From: Candidatus Kapaibacterium sp.
Lineage (GTDB): Bacteria; Bacteroidota; Ignavibacteria; Kapaibacteriales; UBA2268
Direction: 5' to 3'
DNA: 64,000 nucleotides
Assembly: GCA_963665665.1 (NCBI GenBank)
Contig: OY762428.1
Location: 1,312,001 to 1,376,000, forward strand
Shown: positions 53,001 through 62,350 of the stretch, in pieces
Layout of the letters: every line of letters starts with the position of its first letter
Position numbering within the stretch: position 1 is the stretch's first letter
Program-made: the position numbers and the translations under genes
The notes under the pieces: model-generated
What the model saw: the letters and a program-made list of their open reading frames with translations, nothing else
The model's database searches: none
Told to the model about the DNA's origin: nothing

Positions 53001-55274
53001 CTGAAAGGGTTGCGAAATAAAGGAATTGTCAAGTGCCGGCAGTTCTTCCGGCAACAAATCTCCCCCGTTACTATTTTTCTGATATAGCCCGAGATCAATC
53101 TCAAAAGGGATAAAATAACAAAAAAGCAATTCCGGACACAATTCAATATCCAGCTCAGGAACCGATATTGTATAATCAACATATACATTGTTCTGCTGGT
53201 TGATTAGTGCAAATATCCTGCTTGCAAGAAAATCATAATTCTCGCTGATCCTTTCATTATTCTTTATTCTAATAATATTTTGCTTATATAATCCCGGATC
53301 GCCCGTAAGCGGATCAAGCAAAGAATTCTCGTTATTCATCTTCAATGCCGTAGCAAGGGTCTTACCACTTAAATCAAAGAATTCATATGAATTAACCTGG
53401 TTGGGATCAGTAATTATTCTTTTAAGAACAAAATTCTCCGATGGTGCTTCGTCACCAAAAATTGCTATTAATTCATCATCGGATGCAGTAGATACATAAA
53501 TCCTTGTAGAAGTGGCTTGTTCTCCGGCTACGGGATTGAAAGATTCAAACCTGTTCAATGCCGCTCCGAATCCTCCCTGTTCATAAACCCTTCCGCTCCC
53601 GTCATTCATATATATGGTTCTGGCAATGGGATAGCCCTCGGCAGAAGGAATGCCATCATTAATTATACCAAGCGATGAAAGCAGATTATCCCCGTCATAA
53701 TAGTCTTCAAGCAATCCGTCAGTTATTCCGGTAAATCCCGTGGACGTAAAATCATTACTATTCAACGGAATACCTGATGAATTTGTTATCAGCCCGTCTT
53801 TGTAATAAAGTCCAGAAATCGTTTTTGGAAGCAAATCCTGGAAACTATCCCAATAATAATCTTCAAAAATTGACACGGGTAAAGTTGACAGCAGTTTCCT
53901 TCCGATATTGTCATAGTAAACTTCTGAAACCAATGCATTATCTCTCATCAAATTCAGGCTTTGACTCTGCCTGGGTTTTAAAAGATTATCATAAAAGGAA
54001 ATACTATTAAACATTTGTGTACCGGCAAATTTATCCTCAACAAATGACTTGGTATATATCCAGTTCAGATCGCTGTTATATTGCCAGATTGCAATAGCAA
54101 ATAGCTTCTCGTAATCCTTAATATTTGTATTACCCTGAGGGTTATATTCTTCGGTACAGGGAATTGTTACAACATTCTGATAGTTTAAAGCCCTTACCAT
54201 GTTCCACTTTCCATAGTTCAGGTCGTTTCCAATACCTCCCGGAAAGTATGATCCGACAGGCCTTACTCGCCAAAGATAAAAACCCATTCTCTGCGAAAGT
54301 AATACATCAATAAACTGATTAGAATTCCCCGTGTAAAGGTTCAGCGCCTTCGACCAGTCAATTTTGCTATCTAATTTTACAAAATCAGAAAAATAATTAA
54401 CACTTCTGTTTCGATTCTCTAATTTTAATATCTGTATATGGTAATTTGGAATTGAATCTCTTACACAATCATCAGCAAACTCCCATTCAAGTCGGATTGG
54501 TTGAATTTTATTCGAATATGATACTGCAAATGACTTATAGAAAACATATAATGTTTTCTCTGCTGCTTGAGCACCGAATATATAATTAATACAAATAATT
54601 GGTTCTTCATTTGGATCGGGAATAAGATCTTTCCTCGCATGTATTTTTCTGTCTTCAATAGTATAATAGTATTCAAGGAACAATTCATCCTGAAGTTTCT
54701 GAGCAATATTGGAATTCATTGAATCAAAATCATAATCAAACACTAAATTAGTTAAGGCAATATGCGGCGTTTCTTCCATTGTTGAATAATCATCTTCCGG
54801 AGAGGCAAACACAATGTCTGTTTCATACATATCCTCCGGCTTTACAAACCCATCCTTAGCATTAATCTTTAAAGTACACAGCCTAACATCTCCCGGACCG
54901 TTCAAAACAACGCCTGAATTATCAACCTTATGGAATTCAGCAATACAGCTGACAGTGAAATCCATATACACATTATCAAAATCACCGAACTCATAATTAT
55001 CCAGGCCGATCTTTAACCTTACAACCAACTTGCCGGAATGAATACTTGGCAGACAACTTACAGGACTGGGATCTCCAAATAAGTGAAGGTATTTTGTTTC
55101 AAGCTCACTACTAGTATGATCGCACAAAAATTCGTAGTCTAACGTCCTTTTTGTACACTGATCTAAAACGGTTAATTTTTCAGCTTTCTTTTTATTGATT
55201 ACCTGCCCAAAAGCTGTTTCCAAAGAAATGGAAATTATAATTATCACTATAATAAATCTGATTAGTTCCCTCAT
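47040..55274 (-). CDS. Large RHS repeat-associated core protein (polymorphic toxin) with signal peptide and putative nuclease tip
   Basis: YYYDRAGNLVQTVPPKG, YEYKDHLGNLR, NNYYPFG, YRFGFNGMEQD, YDPDIARWLKLDP, NNPIVFVDPMGL; start placed at MRELIRF. Confidence 0.92.
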   Translation of the reverse strand: MRELIRFIIVIIIISISLETAFGQVINKKKAEKLTVLDQCTKRTLDYEFLCDHTSSELETKYLHLFGDPSPVSCLPSIHSGKLVVRLKIGLDNYEFGDFDNVYMDFTVSCIAEFHKVDNSGVVLNGPGDVRLCTLKINAKDGFVKPEDMYETDIVFASPEDDYSTMEETPHIALTNLVFDYDFDSMNSNIAQKLQDELFLEYYYTIEDRKIHARKDLIPDPNEEPIICINYIFGAQAAEKTLYVFYKSFAVSYSNKIQPIRLEWEFADDCVRDSIPNYHIQILKLENRNRSVNYFSDFVKLDSKIDWSKALNLYTGNSNQFIDVLLSQRMGFYLWRVRPVGSYFPGGIGNDLNYGKWNMVRALNYQNVVTIPCTEEYNPQGNTNIKDYEKLFAIAIWQYNSDLNWIYTKSFVEDKFAGTQMFNSISFYDNLLKPRQSQSLNLMRDNALVSEVYYDNIGRKLLSTLPVSIFEDYYWDSFQDLLPKTISGLYYKDGLITNSSGIPLNSNDFTSTGFTGITDGLLEDYYDGDNLLSSLGIINDGIPSAEGYPIARTIYMNDGSGRVYEQGGFGAALNRFESFNPVAGEQATSTRIYVSTASDDELIAIFGDEAPSENFVLKRIITDPNQVNSYEFFDLSGKTLATALKMNNENSLLDPLTGDPGLYKQNIIRIKNNERISENYDFLASRIFALINQQNNVYVDYTISVPELDIELCPELLFCYFIPFEIDLGLYQKNSNGGDLLPEELPALDNSFISQPFQEYPTCDDRDADAPIVYTKSWAFDGNPNGKDLLGSGKYEAKKYIRFDVSEIEQDFTDKVKTAVENDWNIEITQVSSLINSIMISTEPDLTRLFHVADDPSDTYELLDIGWVYNSEENIFTKQIGCCSEAKISIVTCEQTCEIVGSYEEYLKDKAVELISLCYDPYTTNFGDIDNETVLNSENISSYFWGDMNRDGDIEKIIPEISPYSTGGNGAFDALIGNMQSTIEYEDYEKDEFCDCWVNAVEMFVAQGTEEYIDASGNNVVRSDGSIVRVPSEDFNLLNAFLDCTGRKIKGISNHPYGGLGGYASETDINGLWDNTQTSQQYGKGYIDYAFEYFYYFPAFTNNISNLEFYQELCEENFSAVFPNFSFSATIPPIVTQSIDLDPDSFTSDEWNNFYQCVAATLPYDVVKSKIKEKKDEVDNDPFLSGVFDYVDLSHCLDPATGDIDMECVEEMVALLVDQCEDGCEERNFRASIIKLHRDNDYAIYDDKYFDPNPENNSCDDYIYISDWNPYPVDANGDQILNINHYLTEDAADDYVDILVAHCKGGCKLNIRRDNFGEIALGDLNARENFHNSMYADYELKLAGDDPPCPSYWTTLYDNQYSYDNTTLNIPTDIAYKKFIVDFLNMRLDYLIEGLEDYIPYNVNIIADEYAAESGDSLMRQVNCLLIKAAFDMLNDICTDQTLSFDECYSCETTDQFVNVVPRTEQHPWAIPENNPEYNHYTNMPYPHYSSFYKDENGLAFNEWVFFPKDKWINVETRNNCYNLETSIWKIKYYDRFVINNYYNNGELIDYLLLSRSFEYLDKPLNICKGFPTPQDYTFLCSAIEFNGGNPKLCFRWIDREYDEDNIEKVLTLRDCNDEIEQALINSLNAQMNSCRKELIKQGKEQIGERIAAIMDDPSLINEEFTVKYDVDYNHFTLFYYDRAGNLVQTVPPKGVDIDGTRTGRLEHPEHGYKSMYQYNSLGNVVSAKSPDEILPKEYFYDDFGRLRFSRDAVQKANAPPLISYVKYDLQNRVIEKGEIAYDETVFANGNPANDRFYPDPLIDRVSYTEYFYTKPFGAFKIPYENLQQDNLRNRLSYAVHYNNREGGRLPEPLGSHFTVATSYSYDLHGNIKWLVQEIPLMEWAMFQGQETFLPETISMKIDYEYDLISGNTRQVHYCSGRADQFHQMFEYDADNKISLALSSRNGKLWDRDNRYEYYPHGPLQRTVTGEDLITADDYYYTADGKLKAVNGGVQGYRAGINQDYGTQTAPDAFGYVLNYYENDFIYPVNPALLGSVDRLPGLVNLYNGNIASAEYAFDDSLKFYLGLKAPSTLNEIGNGYQYRYDYLNRLTRSKRNKYVNTWNAESERLKSAYHYDANGNIRTIFRGDNGGNSNDVMMNISGTNNQLISAVKGAGTVDYTYDDIGNLDTESSIGQDTYTNTMVWDHNGKIIRNIKSDLLPNIDCAPASDFTMETRFLYDASGTRVAKLTYSPELMAARDEISNCSECFGQVQMKGTYYIPDANNTVLAVYETMGKLEETTCMPFFWLDVREWFVYGSGAMGRIATVRPEKDSDNSTEYPDDNGNIIYPEAVAIASHPYFNFTPATNERQLGFKEYEYKDHLGNLRALIGDIKQPVNLNADRENFAFNLTPLAINNYYPFGLAQTWISANSPAYRFGFNGMEQDPEFRGEGKGYTTLHRLYDPDIARWLKLDPVVKPDVSGYISFGNNPIVFVDPMGLDENIITQNGKEAVWGVGKQGDEQTIMWDPYFADDGTTQYRKKETRIYHEGNDYGKAGWYLPEYYEIVNLDWEGGQVLPKLSGLSRFIVGERRWNGWIVDSDGYLTGFNTVYASVTSYQTIVKSLKNIGKISSLLGSNFGTLEKVKNGYTVYHYFKTLKELSEKKLYIGITMNAIGGGRYSLEFVLENSIRAFEELEGNIPNIGIAKGIEQLIIELNGFKTKAEVRAGAINRTANKIRATVNEIYKSAARDWLNHNIPNWETIFKKQ

Positions 55275-55309
55275 TGTACCATCTTTCAATGTCTGCCAAC
55301 AAAAATTAA

Positions 55310-56779
55310 TTATTCAATCACAATAATTTCAAACGCCGGGGGTTGGCCCGGCATTTCAATACTAATTACATAAGTTCCGTGAGGATAATCACTGCCCGGG
55401 ATAAATTGAATGCTGTTACCGCCAAGGAAATATGCACCGAAGCTCTCAATCAGCTCACCGCGGATAGTATAAATCTTAATATCAGCCCTTACGCTGATGT
55501 TTCCGGTTGGTTCAATATTTATCACTTCACCTGTTTTTGCAGGGTTGGGAAAAACGTTGAATTGCTTCACATATCTTTCATCATATTGCAGGACACCGTT
55601 GCCATCTGGGAAGTATGAAGCTATCCAGTCGTTCAGCATACAGAAAACATTATCTGGCGAATAGCCTTTCAGGCAGTCCATACCTGTCCAGTAATCTATT
55701 GATGTGTAGTCTCCATTGCTGATATCTTTGTCGAAATGCTGAATAGTCCAGCTTTTACCTGCATCCGTCGTATGATAAAAATATTGATAGCTGATTCCGG
55801 TTAGTTCTGTCTTCTTGGAATAATGCGGATTTGTGATATAGTTCAGGCTGTCCAGATATACAAATTCATCCAGGCCTACACTATATGAACTATCCTTTTC
55901 GAACAGAAGGTTTTCCCAGCTCTCTCCTCCATCGGTGGTTCGGTACAGGACAGAAACAAGATAATTCGATTCTGGGTATTCAGGGTCTCTTTTTCCTCCC
56001 CACATAAACCCAAGATTCTCATCAATAAAATCTATCTGGCGACATAATACACTATCCGTATTAGGATATTCCTTCCAGGTTTTGCCACGATCAGTGGATT
56101 TCATTAATGAGAAGTTATCAGGCTGAAAATCTCCACCAGTGCCATCCCTGAAATAATCCAAGTTGTATTTTTGAAGTATGAATGTATTGTCAAACCAAGA
56201 ATAACTATTAAATATTACCGTATCTTTAGAGATTTGTACCTTTTCAAATGATTGAAACTCATCATTAGTTGTATAAAACCAACCTAAAGAATTATTAAAT
56301 CGAAACATTGCTTTAGCTGAATCGATTATTGTCATATTTATTAATCTTTCAGATTTGTAATTATCTTCACTACCAAGAGGTACTTCATGCGTCATTTCCT
56401 TTACTTTCCAGTTATCCCCGCCGTCTGTAGTTTTCAGAAAAAGGCGGGATTCTTTGAAAAAGAAATACATTACATTGTCATCTACAACATACATATCGAT
56501 AGGCCTGTTTAAATACTCGCATGGATAACCTTGGAGTGAATCTCCCATCTCATCCTTATACTTTAAAACAGATCGCCAGTTTTCGCCCTTATTCCATGTT
56601 TTAAAAATTTCAAAATAACTATGGCTTGACCAATATTCATCCCAGAAAAAGAGGTCTCCGTCAGGAGTTACATTTAGAGTTCTCATATATACAGCTTTTA
56701 AATAGCCTGTTATACGCCATTCACCCGCTTGTACCATAATTGGTAAAACTAATATTACAAGTAGTAGAATTCTTTTCAA
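55310..56779 (-). CDS. BNR/Ycf48-like beta-propeller protein with T9SS-type C-terminal domain (paralogue A1)
   Basis: Signal peptide, repeated KTTDGGxxW Asp-boxes, FPNP...GTYVI tail. Confidence 0.85.
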   Translation of the reverse strand: MKRILLLVILVLPIMVQAGEWRITGYLKAVYMRTLNVTPDGDLFFWDEYWSSHSYFEIFKTWNKGENWRSVLKYKDEMGDSLQGYPCEYLNRPIDMYVVDDNVMYFFFKESRLFLKTTDGGDNWKVKEMTHEVPLGSEDNYKSERLINMTIIDSAKAMFRFNNSLGWFYTTNDEFQSFEKVQISKDTVIFNSYSWFDNTFILQKYNLDYFRDGTGGDFQPDNFSLMKSTDRGKTWKEYPNTDSVLCRQIDFIDENLGFMWGGKRDPEYPESNYLVSVLYRTTDGGESWENLLFEKDSSYSVGLDEFVYLDSLNYITNPHYSKKTELTGISYQYFYHTTDAGKSWTIQHFDKDISNGDYTSIDYWTGMDCLKGYSPDNVFCMLNDWIASYFPDGNGVLQYDERYVKQFNVFPNPAKTGEVINIEPTGNISVRADIKIYTIRGELIESFGAYFLGGNSIQFIPGSDYPHGTYVISIEMPGQPPAFEIIVIE

Positions 56780-56847
56780 TTTTTTTCCCTTAGCAGTTGT
56801 TTTTTAAAATTGAGGCCAGCCCAATTTAAAAGCCAGCCCCATTATAT

Positions 56848-58032
56848 CTATGGAACTAATAAAAATTTGTCACTTTTTAAAATTGTTATGTCATTCTTCA
56901 AAACATAGTAATATGTCCCGCTGACAAAATCACTCATATCAATTTCAAATACATCAGGGGATTCAGTTAACCTATTATCTACTATTTTGATTCCTTCCGA
57001 ACTATAAACAGACAACTGATTAACATTACCGGCAACTCTGCATAAATTGAATTTTATTATACCGTCCGAAGGATTTGGATAGATTAACATTCCATCAAAT
57101 TTTAAATCATTCCTATTTTCTTTAATATCATTTATTTTACCTGATTCATCTTCAAAATTTAACAGGGCATAGCATTTGTCATAGCATTCGTGTAATTCAT
57201 CACATGGTTCAGCAGAACTACGTGAAACATCTCCGAATCTTCTATAAGTTGTATTCCCAGGAATATAATTTCGTTCAAAATCATACCCCCAGGTAATTTC
57301 CAAACTTATCTGGCAGCAGGCTGTACTCAGGCATTTTCTATAAACTGTACTGAATGAAACCAATTCATTATCTGCGGTTTTATCCTTGTTATTTTTCTTT
57401 ATTGTTCGTGTTTCGAATAATGGAAATGTTATCCCCTCGCCCCCGACAGATGCTAAAGTCCTGAAATATGATCTGTCAGTTGTCATTGAGATATTATCTC
57501 CGGTCCAGCAAGAAGCAATTGATGCGCCATAAAAGTTTCCGGACTTTGGTATTCCATTTGGATCGCTTGGCAGCAATCCCTTTGACCTTAACTCTTCAAA
57601 ACAGGCTTTAGTTGCAATTTCTACAAGATCTTCAAATTCTGGAATATCACACTCACATTCTTCTTCATCCGGAAGAAATATTTGGGTTATTTGCACTTCA
57701 GTGTAATTAGTAGTATTTGTTCTCCAATTAGCATCAAATGCAATTTCACATTGATAATTAATACCATTAACAGTACAATTAATTAAAATTGATGGATAAA
57801 TATACTCTCGAATATGTTGAACAACCAATCCTCCTTCAATCTCAACTATTCTGTAATATTCAGCAGTTATTTCGTAAAATGGCTGCCAGACACCAACATT
57901 TGATACACCTTCAGGTAATCCGGGATCACAAGGTGCATCAGGCTCAAATGGTATATGGACATCTGTATATTGTCCATTTGCAAATGAATTTAATAAAACA
58001 AAAAACAATATAAACAAGAATGATTTCTTCAT
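56848..58032 (-). CDS. Cys-rich secreted protein with T9SS type A domain (paralogue B1)
   Basis: Signal peptide, many Cys, IYPNPS...SGTYYY...KFLLVP. Confidence 0.8.
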   Translation of the reverse strand: MKKSFLFILFFVLLNSFANGQYTDVHIPFEPDAPCDPGLPEGVSNVGVWQPFYEITAEYYRIVEIEGGLVVQHIREYIYPSILINCTVNGINYQCEIAFDANWRTNTTNYTEVQITQIFLPDEEECECDIPEFEDLVEIATKACFEELRSKGLLPSDPNGIPKSGNFYGASIASCWTGDNISMTTDRSYFRTLASVGGEGITFPLFETRTIKKNNKDKTADNELVSFSTVYRKCLSTACCQISLEITWGYDFERNYIPGNTTYRRFGDVSRSSAEPCDELHECYDKCYALLNFEDESGKINDIKENRNDLKFDGMLIYPNPSDGIIKFNLCRVAGNVNQLSVYSSEGIKIVDNRLTESPDVFEIDMSDFVSGTYYYVLKNDITILKSDKFLLVP

Positions 58033-58088
58033 CTCATTTCTCCTTAATTTGGTTAGGGATAGTTTTTTTATTTCTCATAATTAAATAC

Positions 58089-59558
58089 CTATTCAATCAC
58101 AATAATTTCATACGCCGGGGGATGGTCCGGCATTTCAATATCAACTACATAAGTTCCGGGAGGATAATCACTGCCCGCGATAAATTGAATGCTGTTACCA
58201 CAAAAGAAATATGCACCGAAGCTCTCCATAAGCTCACCTCGTATTGTATATATTTTTATCTCAGCCCTTACGCTGATGTTTCCGGTTGGTTCAATATTTA
58301 TCACTTCACCTGTTTTGGCAGGGTTGGGATAAAGGTTGAACTTCTTCTCATATCTTTCATCATATTGCAGGACTCCGTTGCCGTCAGGAAAGTATGAGGC
58401 TATCCAGTCGTTCAGCATACAGAATACATTATCAGGTGAATAGCCTTTCAGGCAGTCCATACCTGTCCAGTAATCTATTGATGTGTATTCCCCATTGCTG
58501 ATATCTTTATCGAAATGCTGAATAGTCCAGGTTTTACCTGCATCCGTCGTATGATAAAAATATTGGTAACTGATTCCGGTTAGTTCTGTCTTCTTGGAAT
58601 AATGTGGATTTGTGATATAGTTCAGGCTGTCCAGATATACAAATTCATCCAGGCCCACACTGTAGGAACTATCTTTCTCGAACAGAAGGTTTTCCCAGCT
58701 TTCACCGCCATCGGTTGTGCGGTACAGGACAGAAACAAGATAATCCGATTCCGGGTATTCAGGGTCTCTTTTCCCTCCCCACATAAACCCGAGATTCTCA
58801 TCAATAAAATCAATCTGGCGGCATAATACACTATCCGTATTTGGATATTCCTCCCAGGTTTTGCCCCGGTCAGTGGATTTCATTAATGAGAAGTTATCAG
58901 GCTGAAAATCTCCACCAGTGCCATCCCTGAAATAATCCAAGTTGTATTTTTGAAGTATGAATGTATTGTCAAACCAAGAATAACTATTAAATATTACCGT
59001 ATCTTCAGAGATTTGTACCTTTTCAAATGATTGAAATTCATCATTAGTTGTATAAAACCAACCTAAAGAATTATTAAATCGAAACATAGCTTTAGCTGAA
59101 TCGATTATTGTCATATTTATTAATCTTTCAGATTTGTAATTATCTTCACTGCCAAGAGGCACATCAGGCGTCATTTCTTTTACATTCCAGTTATCACCGC
59201 CGTCTGTGGTTTTCAGGAACAGCCGGGATTCTTTAAAAAAGAAATACATTACATTGTCATCTACAACATACATATCAATTGGTTGATCAATATATTCCCC
59301 CGGATACCCCTGATAGCTTTTTCCAAAACCATTCTTTATTCTCAATGCATTCGTCCAACTTTTACCTTTGTCAGAAGTTTTCATTATCGTAAGATATTTC
59401 GAATCAGACATTCCTTCATCCCAGAAAAAAAGATCACCATCAGGAGTGACATTCAGTGTCCTCATATAAATAGCATTCAAAAAACCTGTTATTCGCCATT
59501 CACCGTAGCAAAGGGTTATGGGAATAAAAATCAATATCAGGGTTAGTATCTTTTTCAT
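58089..59558 (-). CDS. BNR/Ycf48-like T9SS protein (paralogue A2)
   Basis: As A1; start placed at MKKILTL. Confidence 0.85.
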   Translation of the reverse strand: MKKILTLILIFIPITLCYGEWRITGFLNAIYMRTLNVTPDGDLFFWDEGMSDSKYLTIMKTSDKGKSWTNALRIKNGFGKSYQGYPGEYIDQPIDMYVVDDNVMYFFFKESRLFLKTTDGGDNWNVKEMTPDVPLGSEDNYKSERLINMTIIDSAKAMFRFNNSLGWFYTTNDEFQSFEKVQISEDTVIFNSYSWFDNTFILQKYNLDYFRDGTGGDFQPDNFSLMKSTDRGKTWEEYPNTDSVLCRQIDFIDENLGFMWGGKRDPEYPESDYLVSVLYRTTDGGESWENLLFEKDSSYSVGLDEFVYLDSLNYITNPHYSKKTELTGISYQYFYHTTDAGKTWTIQHFDKDISNGEYTSIDYWTGMDCLKGYSPDNVFCMLNDWIASYFPDGNGVLQYDERYEKKFNLYPNPAKTGEVINIEPTGNISVRAEIKIYTIRGELMESFGAYFFCGNSIQFIAGSDYPPGTYVVDIEMPDHPPAYEIIVIE

Positions 59559-59568
59559 AAACAAACAC

Positions 59569-61035
59569 CTATTCAATCACAATAATTTCATACGCCGGGG
59601 GCTGGCCCTGCATTTCAATACCTATTACATAAGTTCCGGGAGGATAAAAGTTATCCAGGACAAACTGAATACTGTTACCGCCAAGGAGATATGCGCCGAA
59701 GCTCTCAATCAACTCACCTCGGATTGTATATATTTTTACATCAGCTCTTCCAGTGATGTTGCCGATTGGTTCAATATTTATCTCTTCACCTGTTTTGGCA
59801 GGATTGGGATAAACGCTGAATTGATTTTCATATCTTTCATCATATTGCAGGACTCCGTTGCCGTCAGGAAAGTATGAGGCTATCCAGTCGTTCAGCATAC
59901 AGAATACATTATCAGGTGAATAGCCTTTCAGGCAGTCCATACCTGTCCAGTAATCTATTGATGTGTATTCCCCATTGCTGATGTCTTTATCGAAATGCTG
60001 AATAGTCCAGGTTTTACCTGCATCCGTAGTGTGATAAAAATATTGATAGCTGATTCCGGTCAGTTCTGTCTTTTTGGAATAATGCGGATTTGTGATATAG
60101 TTCAGGCTGTCCAGATATACAAATTCATCCAGGCCCACACTATAGGAACTATCCTTCTCGAACAGGAGGTTTTCCCAGCTTTCGCCTCCATCGGTGGTTC
60201 TGTACAGAACAGAAACAAGATAATCAGATTCCGGGTATTCAGGATCTCTTTTTCCTCCCCACATAAACCCAAGATTCTCATCAATAAAATCAATTTGCCG
60301 ACATAATACACTATCTGAATTCGGATATTCCTTCCAGGTTTTTCCACGATCAGTAGATTTTAACAGGGAATAATTATCCGCCTTGTAATATTTGTCTGAC
60401 ATCTTTAAATATTCTAATTTATTTTTATGTAGGATAAAGGTATTGTCAAACCAATGTAAGCTGTTAAATATTGTTGTATCCTCACTTACTTTTATTTTTT
60501 CAATATTCTTAAAATCATCATAAGTAATATAGAACCAGCCAATAGAATTTTTAAAACGAACCAATCCCTTTATAAAATCAAACATGGATATTGTCAAGGC
60601 TCTTTCAGATTTGTAATTATCTTCACTGCCAAGAGGCACATCAGGGGTCATTTCCTTCACATTCCAGTTATCCCCGCCGTCTGTGGTTTTCAGGAACAGC
60701 CGGGATTCTTTAAAAAAGAAATACATTACATTGTCATCAACAACATACATGTCAATTGGTTGATCAATATATTCCCCCGGATACCCCTGATAGCTTTTTC
60801 CAAAACCATTCTTTATTCTCAATGCATTCGTCCAACTTTTACCTTTGTCAGAAGTTTTCATTATCGTAAGATATTTCGAATCAGACATTCCTTCATCCCA
60901 GAAAAACAGATCACCATCAGAAGTTACATTCAATGTCCTCATATAAATGGCATTCAAAAAACCTGTTATTCGCCATTCGCCGGAATATAGGGTGATAGGA
61001 ATCAGTATAATTATCAGAATTAGAATTTTTTTCAA
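59569..61035 (-). CDS. BNR/Ycf48-like T9SS protein (paralogue A3)
   Basis: As A1. Confidence 0.85.
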   Translation of the reverse strand: MKKILILIIILIPITLYSGEWRITGFLNAIYMRTLNVTSDGDLFFWDEGMSDSKYLTIMKTSDKGKSWTNALRIKNGFGKSYQGYPGEYIDQPIDMYVVDDNVMYFFFKESRLFLKTTDGGDNWNVKEMTPDVPLGSEDNYKSERALTISMFDFIKGLVRFKNSIGWFYITYDDFKNIEKIKVSEDTTIFNSLHWFDNTFILHKNKLEYLKMSDKYYKADNYSLLKSTDRGKTWKEYPNSDSVLCRQIDFIDENLGFMWGGKRDPEYPESDYLVSVLYRTTDGGESWENLLFEKDSSYSVGLDEFVYLDSLNYITNPHYSKKTELTGISYQYFYHTTDAGKTWTIQHFDKDISNGEYTSIDYWTGMDCLKGYSPDNVFCMLNDWIASYFPDGNGVLQYDERYENQFSVYPNPAKTGEEINIEPIGNITGRADVKIYTIRGELIESFGAYLLGGNSIQFVLDNFYPPGTYVIGIEMQGQPPAYEIIVIE

Positions 61036-61063
61036 TTTGATTACCTTAAAATAATTTAAAATA

Positions 61064-61090
61064 AGGCCGATCAGATCTTCTGACCGGCCT
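61064..61090 (-). terminator. Hairpin downstream of B2
   Basis: aggccgatcaga...tctgaccggcct, AT-run following on minus strand. Confidence 0.5.
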
Positions 61091-61098
61091 GAGAATAT

Positions 61099-62295
61099 CT
61101 ATTGTACTAATATAAATTTACCACTTTCAAGAATTGTAATATCATTTTTCAGAACATAAAAATATATCCCGCTGACACAATCACTCATATCAATTTCAAG
61201 AAGCCGTGAGTGAATATCAGTTAACATTCTACTTAAAACAATGATTCCTTCTGAACTGTAAATTGACAACTGATCAATATTATTTGGAATGCTGTTTAGA
61301 TTAAATTTTATAGTACCATTCGAAGGATTCGGATAGATCATTATTCCATTAAATTCAGAATCATTATTTATTTCTTCTTTATAGTTTATTTTACCTGATT
61401 CTTCTTCAAAATTTAATAGTGCATAGCACCTGTCATAGCATTCGAGTAATTCATCACATGGCTCAGAACTGCTTCTGGAAACATCACCGAATCTAGTATA
61501 TGAAGTATTTTCCTGATCATAATTCCCAAGAACATCATACCCCCAGTTTATTTCCAAACTTATCTGGCAGCAGGCTGTACTAAGGCATTTTCTATAAACT
61601 GTACTGAATGAAACCAAATCATTATCTGCGGTTTCATCCTTGTAATTTTTCTTTATTTTTCGGGTTTCGAATAATGGAAATGTTATACCGTCGCCCCCGA
61701 CAGATGCTAAAGTCCTGAAATAGGTTCTGTCAGTAGTCATTGAAATATTATCCCCGGTCCAGCAAGAAGCAATTGATGCTCCATAAAAGTTTCCTGACTT
61801 TGGTATTCCATTTAGATCGCTTGGTAATAATCCCCTTGACCTTAAATCTTCGAAGCAGGCTTTTGTTGCTATTAAAACCAAATCTTCAAAATCAGGTATA
61901 TCGCAGGGACAATCACTTGGATCGGGAAGATAGAATTGGGTAATTTGAACTTCGGTATATTCATCATTATCAGTCCGCCATCTTGCATCAAAAGCAATAT
62001 CACACTCATAATCAACATTATCAATTGTACAGTGAAGAACTATTACGGGGTATTGTAGTTTCTTTACAGTTTGTGGTATCAACTGCCCATTAATTTCAAT
62101 GAGTCTCTCGTAAGAACCCAAATATGTATAAAATGGATTCCAACCGCTGACAGAATCTTCGTCAACACCGTCAGGTACTCCCGGGTCACAAGGTTCTTCA
62201 GGGTCAAAAGGTTCATAAACAACACTTGGCGATTGCCCAAAAGTTAATGAACTAAAAAACATAAAAGCTGTTAATATCAAGAATGCTTTCTTCAT
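61099..62295 (-). CDS. Cys-rich secreted protein with T9SS type A domain (paralogue B2)
   Basis: Shares a nearly identical central block and tail with B1. Confidence 0.8.
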   Translation of the reverse strand: MKKAFLILTAFMFFSSLTFGQSPSVVYEPFDPEEPCDPGVPDGVDEDSVSGWNPFYTYLGSYERLIEINGQLIPQTVKKLQYPVIVLHCTIDNVDYECDIAFDARWRTDNDEYTEVQITQFYLPDPSDCPCDIPDFEDLVLIATKACFEDLRSRGLLPSDLNGIPKSGNFYGASIASCWTGDNISMTTDRTYFRTLASVGGDGITFPLFETRKIKKNYKDETADNDLVSFSTVYRKCLSTACCQISLEINWGYDVLGNYDQENTSYTRFGDVSRSSSEPCDELLECYDRCYALLNFEEESGKINYKEEINNDSEFNGIMIYPNPSNGTIKFNLNSIPNNIDQLSIYSSEGIIVLSRMLTDIHSRLLEIDMSDCVSGIYFYVLKNDITILESGKFILVQ

Positions 62296-62350
62296 CTTAT
62301 TTCTCCTTAATTTGTTTATGGTTAGTATTTTTATTTCTCATAATAAAAAC

